Assembly: GCA_964016885.1 (NCBI GenBank)
Contig: OZ024745.1
Location: 45,694,001 to 45,758,000, forward strand
Direction of reading: 5' to 3'
Length of the DNA: 64,000 nucleotides
Source: Eledone cirrhosa
Lineage: Eukaryota
In this document: one piece after another, positions 54,067-64,000 of the stretch
Layout of the letters: each line of letters starts with the position of its first letter
How positions within the stretch are numbered: position 1 is the stretch's first letter
Notes under the pieces: generated by a model
What the model was told of the DNA's origin: nothing
Database searches by the model: none
What the model saw: the letters and a program-made list of their open reading frames with translations, nothing else
Position numbers and translations under genes: made by a program

Positions 54067-54853
54067 ACAATAATAATAATAATAATGTTTTCTGATTTAG
54101 GCACAAGGCCAACAATTTTGAAAGGCAATACATTCAATTAAAAGCTGTTGATATATGCTGATGAGTGTCATTTTTTGCCTTTAGATCATATGTATGGAAT
54201 TCATATTCATTTTCCGTCTCCCCTTGCAACATATTTAAATGGATATTCATCAAAATTCTTTTGAAAAAACGTATCTAAAATCCAAAGAAGAGATTTATAG
54301 TTAAGAGTAATTGAGTATCTGTTCTCTGATCCGCTCCCGAAGTGTATAAGTTAATAAGTTTAATAAAATGCTTACAAAAAAGATGTGGCCAAATTTCTGA
54401 AACGGCGTAGATTTTTTAAGAAAGTCATAAAGAATACACAGTTTTATTACTGCTATCTTATAAATATACATCATAATTCATTATAATCTTCTTTGATAAA
54501 CTAAGTATCAACTTGAAGTATGGTGACACTTAGATCTTATTGCTTGTTAACCTAGACAGGCTCCGAAATATACGAGAATATATGTAGAAGATTGCGGCAT
54601 TCATACTTTGCTGAAATACATTAGGAATAAAAAGTTAGGATTCTCCTATATTTTCCAATATTATCAATGTAAGGGGTCGTTAGAATTCCGAATAGAATGG
54701 TTTTCCTTCTGGCTATCAACTCTCTGAAATCAAATTACGTAGAAGGCAATTTTGTCTTCCATGGTTTCGATGTTGATACAATATATACCAGTTCTTCAAT
54801 ACAAGGTCGATGTTTCTACTTCATCACGTTCTCTATCCTTCTCTCTCTCTCTC

Positions 54854-54952
<99 letters not shown>

Positions 54953-55667
54953 CCCTCCCTCTCTCTTTCTTTCTCTGTAGAAGAAATTGACTGTGTTCAG
55001 ACCTGGGATAGGCTCCATCATGTTTAAATGCCGTGTTTAAATTTAAGGGTCACCATCTCCGTCAGTACCCCAAGAATATCATTTGTGTAAGACATCAATC
55101 GACATCAGTTCACGTTCTCCAAATTGATTAGTAACCACCTAGAATATTGCTATAATGGTATTTCTTCCACAAAGCAGGATACTTTTGATTGGGGAAATAA
55201 AATTAATTAATTAATTAGTTAATATTTTATTTCTTGTTATAATTTTAACGAGCCAATCCTTCTACATTTCACGCAAAAAAAGTAATTTCTACATGGCCTG
55301 AACATAAAATAATGGGCACATACATAAATATGTTTTGAAACTCCTTTTACTGTCTTCCACATCTTCATAGGTATAACAGTGCCAACAAAGTTAATAGTAT
55401 TACAGTCAAATTCCTATTTACTATATACCCAAGTAACATTTCATATATTAATCACGATGTTTGTACTTATGAATCTGGGTTTGTGTGTGGGGGGGGGGGT
55501 TTATATGTCTAAATATGTGTGGCTATGTATATATTTGAGGCTGTGAAAACTACACAAATAATAATTTCATAAAATCAAATGATATTAACAAAAGGTTTTG
55601 GAGAGATAGAGAAATAAAAAAAAACATTTAGTAACAGAGCTAAACAAGCACAAAAACGCACATACAA

Positions 55668-55837
<170 letters not shown>

Positions 55838-55850
55838 TATATATTTATAC

Positions 55851-55939
<89 letters not shown>

Positions 55940-56348
55940 TGTGTGTGTGGAGAGAGAGAAACAGAGATGGGGAGAGAAGACATGGTATAGACACACCACC
56001 ACGTAGTAGAGATTCCAATTACTATTGTGTTAATGAGAGGCATTAGGGAAACAATGAATCAAACATGGCTGCGACCGGATATGTTCATGTTTGGCGATGA
56101 CTGCACACAGAATATGCTGCTCCCTTTACTCTCACCAAATAGCTTTTCTGTATTAAATCATCAAATTGAAATGCAAGTTAAACAAACGTGTCAGATATAT
56201 TATTTTACTTTGTAGAGTGCCCTACCAGTATGGACACATGCTTTTCTCTCTTGTATGTATACATACATGAATCCATATAATCCACTCAACTTATGAATGC
56301 ATGCATATATACATGCGCATATACATACGTGGCAAGCATACATGCAAT

Positions 56349-56501
56349 ATGGTGGCTGCCAACTCGTTTTCGAGTACGGCCACTACTTCATATCCAAGTA
56401 GGAGAACCCCTACCGATGACTTTTTAGTCCAGCCAGTGACTTGAAAACTCTGGTACAAACACTGCACTTGTGACAATTATTGACACATAGTGGTGGGCCC
56501 A
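56349..56501 (-). mobile_element. 5'-truncated copy of the ~410-bp (TATG)n-tailed element
   Basis: Matches the 3' 150 bp of 4473-4876. Confidence 0.75.
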
Positions 56502-56613
56502 AACATACATACACACATATGTATGCATTCATATAGACATACATACAAACACATACATTCATACATACACACATACATACATGCATGCATACACATACAC
56601 ATATATACATATA

Positions 56614-56650
<37 letters not shown>

Positions 56651-56693
56651 TCACACATACATAAATACATACATACACACACTTATATACATG

Positions 56694-56739
<46 letters not shown>

Positions 56740-56829
56740 AACATATGCATATATACATAAACATACATACCTACTAAAAGGGTTCCATTTGAATCAACAA
56801 TATTAGCCATACAATATATATATATGTGC

Positions 56830-56929
<100 letters not shown>

Positions 56930-56961
56930 TTGCATGCATTCATAGATTATTGCAGTTATAT

Positions 56962-56992
<31 letters not shown>

Positions 56993-57027
56993 AGTTGTAA
57001 TATAATGAAACGAAATTTCATTTCTCA

Positions 57028-57080
<53 letters not shown>

Positions 57081-57921
57081 TTTGAAAATTAATAGTTAGT
57101 AGTGTATGGTTTGAATTTTTTCCAAAGTATTTCTTGCTCAACATGAATTCATAATCGTTCACATTAGGACTTTATACCTTTCTATAATTAACTGTTTTCG
57201 TATTTGAAAACGAATTACATTATACTATATATATATATGTATTTAATATACATAGCTATATATGTCTATATGTATGTGTAAACGTATGTATATATATATA
57301 TATGTGCGTGTATAAAAATAAAAGGATCGATCGACTTTCGTCAAATCGGACCGAGGAAACAATGTTTCCGTTGGTATTTCCAGTTGCTAGTACTATCTAT
57401 CGGTCGCAACTCCAGGTAGAAGGAGCAACGTGAAATAGAGTGTCTGGTCAGGAACCGAACTCACAACCTCAAGATTGTGAATCCAATTCTCATATGTGTG
57501 TATATTTATGTATATTTAGTACCATTATGATATGATCGATTATATTAAGGCAGTTCTTCATCATGGAGGCTGCAGGACTGACGTTTATATGATTCTTTTC
57601 ACAATTATGTGATCCTGGTGTAGATCTCACTTTGTGGTCTCTTAGGCAAGTGTAATTTCTTTTACCTGTGGTTCGACCATTCTCAGTGAAAATAGGTAAA
57701 CAGAAACTGTTTGGAAACCCATTAGATTGAGTGCTTCTTTAATTCAAAAGACCAGCCTTTTCTCACACTGAACTATGCTGAATGATTTTGAAAACTGCTT
57801 TAAGATAATTACATGACAATGTTCGTTGATTGAAGGTTCGTTGATTGAACATTAATATTTATAATCTATATTATAGATTATAAATATTAATATATTAATA
57901 TTTATAATCTATATTATGATC

Positions 57922-58107
57922 GGTGGATTGGCAGTATCGGTAGAGGGTCGGACGCCATGATTTGACGTATAGAGTTACGGCCCTTGTCATTCTGAATTCA
58001 AATCCCGCCGCGGTTAACTTTGCCTTTCATCCTTACGGGGTCGATAAAATAAAGTACCAGTAATGCACTGGGTAATTGCTGGCCTTGTGCCAAACATAGA
58101 AACAATT
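57922..58107 (+). mobile_element. tRNA-SINE, main family
   Basis: TSD ATTAATATTTATAATCTATAT, with an extra inverted copy of the target upstream. Confidence 0.85.
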
Positions 58108-58439
58108 AATATTTATAATCTATATGTCATTTTCGCAACAAACAACTGAAAACGTACGCAATAGTATTGCAGAGTATTGTAGTTGTTTTGGGCTATTGCA
58201 GTTATCTGTCACTCTAGAGTTTTTCCGACGTGTAGTCGGTTTAGGTTCACCAGGCAGTAACAAACAGAAACCCATCACAAGTCATGGAATGTCCAGATAA
58301 CAGGCAACTGGATCAACCTTTCGGCACCCACGAATACACACATCAGCCTACATACCAATGCATACGCATGAAGGCATACACACTGATACTCCCACACATA
58401 CCACCATACACCTTGGCATACACATATATACATACATGC

Positions 58440-58513
<74 letters not shown>

Positions 58514-59390
58514 ACATAAAAGCTTCTAAATATATAGGAATGTATAAACATGTATGTATATGTTCATACCTAATTGAAGATTACTAAACGTAGATGTTTT
58601 GTGTAAGATCACGAAACATTTATATTACGATACTCAATGAATAACATCGATATAATCATATTGACATAATATAAGTACTGCTTTACCCTATACAATCGAA
58701 TTTTATTCTATTGAACTATCGGCTTAATCGTATTTCGACACTGTATAGGAGGCCAGCTGCTAAATCGCAATCTTTAAAGTACTTATATGAATGATGGACA
58801 ATTTCTTTACAGTTACGTTTGACAAAATAAATAAACGATTTGGAAAATGTAAGATCAATATAAAAGATAAAACAACGAGAGAAATTAAATATAAACAACC
58901 GACTATAGTAATCTCAAGAATTGCTGTTATAACACATATTCTACTTAAATCTTTATCTTCTTATAAGACTTGCCGCAACAATGCAAACACCTTCGGATGA
59001 AATGCAATAAATATCAAATTAATGCATTCAACAAAGATAGGCAACGTGATTTAAGGAAAAAATTGATTATTTTCAATTATTATTTTTGTTCGCACCAACA
59101 AAACAAATAAATAAACTCTTGTGTATTTCGGACGTTTAAAAACATGATTGTGGAGAATAAAACTCTCTTAACCAGATCTGGTATTTTTAAGATGATGTTG
59201 ACAGTGATCATTCTGCAAATAAAATGGCGTCAACATATGCTTCATTAATTCTTCTAGTTAAAATAAAATAACCTGCATTCTGTAGGCTGATATTTACAAC
59301 AATGGTTGCCGAACACTGTACGGCTAATAATTCGGGCTGTTTGTTTACAAACAAACCGAGCATTATAATAAATGTTCGGTAAACCCATAC

Positions 59391-59429
<39 letters not shown>

Positions 59430-59556
59430 CATGTATGTATGTATGTACATACTACTGTACGTCTGTATACATATATGTATGTACGTATACATACATATTT
59501 TTAACTATCACCCGTACTAAGAGTGAGAAATGAAATTTCATTTTTTCCATATATAC

Positions 59557-60071
<515 letters not shown>

Positions 60072-60393
60072 CATATATATTGTTACGCTCTGTATATTCT
60101 ATGTTCAAATCCCACCGATGTCAACTTTGCCTTTCATCCTTCCAGTGTCGACAAAATAATATACTAGTCAAATACTGGGTTGATTTAGTCAACATTGTTC
60201 TTCCTCCAAATTTGCTGGACTTGTACCCCAATTAGAAATCAATATTAGCTCCCTGGTAACAGTCAATTAGCAAAAATAATAGAGCGTTGTACCAAATGTG
60301 AAAAAAAATACCTTGTTGCGCTCTTTCCACTCTGAGTTCAAATCCCAGGTGATTTCACCCTAAAATTAAAGTATTATATTACTGAAGTTCAAA

Positions 60394-60510
60394 TCTGAGT
60401 TCAAATCCCGCCGAGGTTAACTTTGCCTTTCATCCTTACGGGGTCGATAAAATAAAGTACCAGTAATGCACTGGGTAATTGCTGGCCTTGTGCCTAAAGT
60501 AGAAACAATT
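60394..60510 (+). mobile_element. 5'-truncated tRNA-SINE (older SINE remnants also at 60080-60360)
   Basis: B-box through 3' end; flanks ATTATATT(T)ACTGAAGT. Confidence 0.75.
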
Positions 60511-61481
60511 ATATTACTGAAGTGGATATTATCGCCTCTTCCTTCCCTTAAACTCTGCGGTGATGTACCTAATTCTGATACTATCTCTTAGGAATGAACA
60601 GGTGATTTGCAGGGGGTCATTGAACACTGGACCAAATGCCAAAGACTAATTACGTTCCTTTCGTCTTTACAAATGGACGCAAAATGGTAACATTTTAAAG
60701 AAATTTCTAAATTGGAAGAAGCAGGGAGCAAATTATATGAAACATATATTATTTGTATGGAGGCAACATAGAATATACTGAATATACAATAAGATAGGTC
60801 ATTTCCCTCAAACCTAATTTGTAACTCTAATTATTTCTTTTAAAATAGCGAAAATAATTCGACAGTGACATATAGATTTACATTCCCAAAACAAATATAT
60901 CATGATCAAGACACGATTTGCTTAAGAGATGTATACTGTAATGCATTGATATTTTCTGTCTTTCTTTCATAACATTTTATGCAGCATTGATTGAGCAGTC
61001 TCGTTCTTGAAGAGTTGCGCAATGCTGCAGTTTTGTCCATTATGGTGGAAGACAAAAGACAATTGAAAATTCTTGTTAAAAGAAAGAAACAGAAAGAAAT
61101 TGACAATAAACTTTTGAAAATCATCAAACATATATAGGGAGATAGATTGATAGAAGGAAACAGGTCATGGCCGGCATGGGCTGGGGTTTGGATTCTGTCG
61201 ATCGATTGGTTATTGATTAGGCGATACCCGTTGATGAAGCCGCATACACCGATTATGCATTGTTGCATAATATATGCAGAAGGAGGGTGCAGTGCACCTT
61301 ACTACTGCATTAAGTGTGGCCGAAACTCGAGTCCGGGAACTACTATAGGCACCCGTTTTACGTGTGTTGTATTGAAGCGAATAACTATGTGTATACTCTG
61401 GGAATATATCTTACATTGCCTATTGAGTACGCAAAGATACAACCGGTCCTAGCATTGATAAATATGGTGGGTTCGTCAACT

Positions 61482-61543
<62 letters not shown>

Positions 61544-61631
61544 ATAGTTAGATAGACAGATAAATAGATAGATAGATAGACAGACAAATAGATAGATAGA
61601 TAGATAGATAGATATTGGATATGCATTTCAT

Positions 61632-61808
61632 AATTGTTTCTACTTTTGGCACAAGGCCAGCAAATACCCAGTGTATTACTGGTACTTTATTTTAAGATGA
61701 AAGGCAAAGTTAACCTTGGTGGGATTTGAACTCAGAATGGCAAGGGCCGTAACTATATGCGTCAAAGCATGGCGTCCGACCCTCTACCGATATTGCCAAT
61801 CCACCGCC
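61632..61808 (-). mobile_element. tRNA-SINE, main family, with a small internal deletion
   Basis: TSD ATTATGAAATGCATATCC. Confidence 0.85.
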
Positions 61809-63758
61809 CTTTGCGGATATGCATTTCATAATGCATGCATTTTATACACACACAATTTACATAGATTAGCCCATCGTTTATATTACTAATTATGTTACAT
61901 TCCTCGAGTCTGGAAGACATTGAAGAGTCAATAATATAGATGTTGTTTCTCATACTCACAAATACAATCATACGCAAGAATATTCACATATGAACAAATG
62001 CAAACGTTGATACACACAAGCACACAGACATAAGACTTATTATACATTCACCTTCTTGGATATTTCTATACAAAAATAAAGATTGTACATCACATTAAAA
62101 TGTTTAACTATGCAGCTTTAACTGCAAATAGAAACATTGTGTAGCCGATTTCCTCGTGAGAAAGAGCGATGGAAAGAGGCAGAACCGGTCCCAATACTGG
62201 TTCATTACTTCATTTATTGATCACTAAAGGACGAGAGCAAAGTTGAATTCGGTGGGATTTGAACTCAAAGCACAGAGCACTGGAACAAACACCGATGCAT
62301 TTAATCTGATGCCCTAACGACATTGTCAATTTGCCGCTCTATTGGTGGTTAAAGGTGTTATCAAATAAGATATTAAAATATTGATCATATATGAAGTGCG
62401 TGTTTTTTTTCTTTAATTTATTATCGTTTCGGTTAATATTAGGTCTAATACTTCTTCTAATTATATAACAATGTGGCTAGTGTATTCAAATTAATTATCT
62501 ATTGCGTATGTAATATATCTCATGCTAGATAAAATGGAATAATGAGAAATACACTATAAGAATGTTACTTCTTAGTTATTAATTACGCGGTGTTTTTAGA
62601 GGAATACTATTTCGTTAATTAGGATCTAAAATTTTAATTAAGAAATATGTGACTGGCATCGTAAATCAAGAAATAAATTGTTGATGAATGATGGGACGAT
62701 ATAATTTCAATTATATATTAAACCAACGCATTTCACCATCATCCTCAATGTCTTTGGCTATTTGCAATAAAACTACAGTGGAGCAGTTTCATTTGAATTA
62801 AAACCTAATGTCGGCTTCGATATACCAGAAACTTAAACCTTCTGTAAGAGCTTACTACATGCATACAAGTAAAATAAAGATTAATTCATTAGATACAAGA
62901 CGTTAAATTTATATGAGGAGTGGCATTTGATTATGTTATATCCATGACTTTCCAAAATACTCGCAGAGCCACGAAAATGGCTTTAAATGGTAATTAGTAA
63001 CGAGATACAAATTAATTAATACAGTTTTAAACAGTTCACTAACTACTTTCAAGCAGAATCCATTTACTGGTGTTTGGACAAAGATACATATCACGAACTG
63101 CTGACTTTGTGCTCAATAGACCTACTCAGTAATAACTCGACTACCAAGGACTCTCAATGCTAACACTGATGGTAAAAATCAATAGCCCTTAATAAATATC
63201 CAAGCTAATAGCATCTAGCTACAAAATACTCCAAATTTTAACACTAATGCAAATGTTAATAGTCCATGCTAGTTTATAGCAAACCACCCAGTATTTAGAA
63301 TTTCCATTGTGGTATTGATTCATCGATTAAATAAATACTAAGAAGGTCATAGTTATTAGCCTTCCTTTCGTCCGTTAACAGAATGAAACAAACCATTATC
63401 AATAATGGATGCGCTGCTAATTTTATAAATAGAATGATAAGCATTGAAAAAGAAAATTGCAGGCATTAAACATTAAACAAATATAACAAATAGTAAGGAA
63501 ACAGAAATAGAGTCAAATTTGGTATTACACTGGTGAAAATTGAATCAAATATTTTAAAATATTGACTTTTTCCCCTAGGCAAATAGTCTCTATACTTTAC
63601 GGAGAGAATAAGATAAGAATATGACATCCATATTTTTCATATTATCAAAATGCATTAAGAAAAATTAATCCAATAGAAAATTGAAATCCAACACTACGGA
63701 GCTCGTTTGTAATAATACCATAAAGAAGAAGAAGAAGAAGAAGAAGAGATATATATAC

Positions 63759-63836
<78 letters not shown>

Positions 63837-64000
63837 CATCTACACTGATGAAATGAAATAATTTTCCCTTTAAAATCCTTTTACGTGACTGTTGCAAGGA
63901 GAGGAACAAGTTGTTTGACCCTCGGCATATTTGGCCGAATGAGTCCAACTTAGTGAACTTCACTAAAGATACTAAAGACACTAAAGTTCACATAAAAGTG

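Overview
AT-rich, microsatellite-saturated animal genomic DNA. The repeat landscape resembles an octopod cephalopod genome (inference, not verified). Most of the window is intronic or intergenic. Host coding is sparse: one well-bounded minus-strand exon (137-402, cadherin-repeat-like) and a candidate 151-aa secreted C-type-lectin-like ORF (39399-39854, +). Mobile DNA dominates. It includes an intact 1130-aa R4/Dong-clade non-LTR retrotransposon ORF (RT, CCHC knuckle, restriction-like endonuclease) with three decayed relatives, CRE-, RTE- and Tx1-like fragments, a hAT(m)-like DNA transposon with nested insertions, and about 20 tRNA-derived SINE copies whose target-site duplications mostly start at C^ATTA. 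The most striking hidden structure is a dense set of short Penelope-like-element (PLE) derivatives sitting in (TA)n tracts. They belong to several unrelated sequence families and carry about 20 complete, degenerate or half type I hammerhead ribozyme (HHR) motifs. Many are fold-back palindromes, and in at least five independent families the truncation or fold-back point lies inside stem II of the ribozyme. All calls were made by eye; no alignments, folding or database searches were run.
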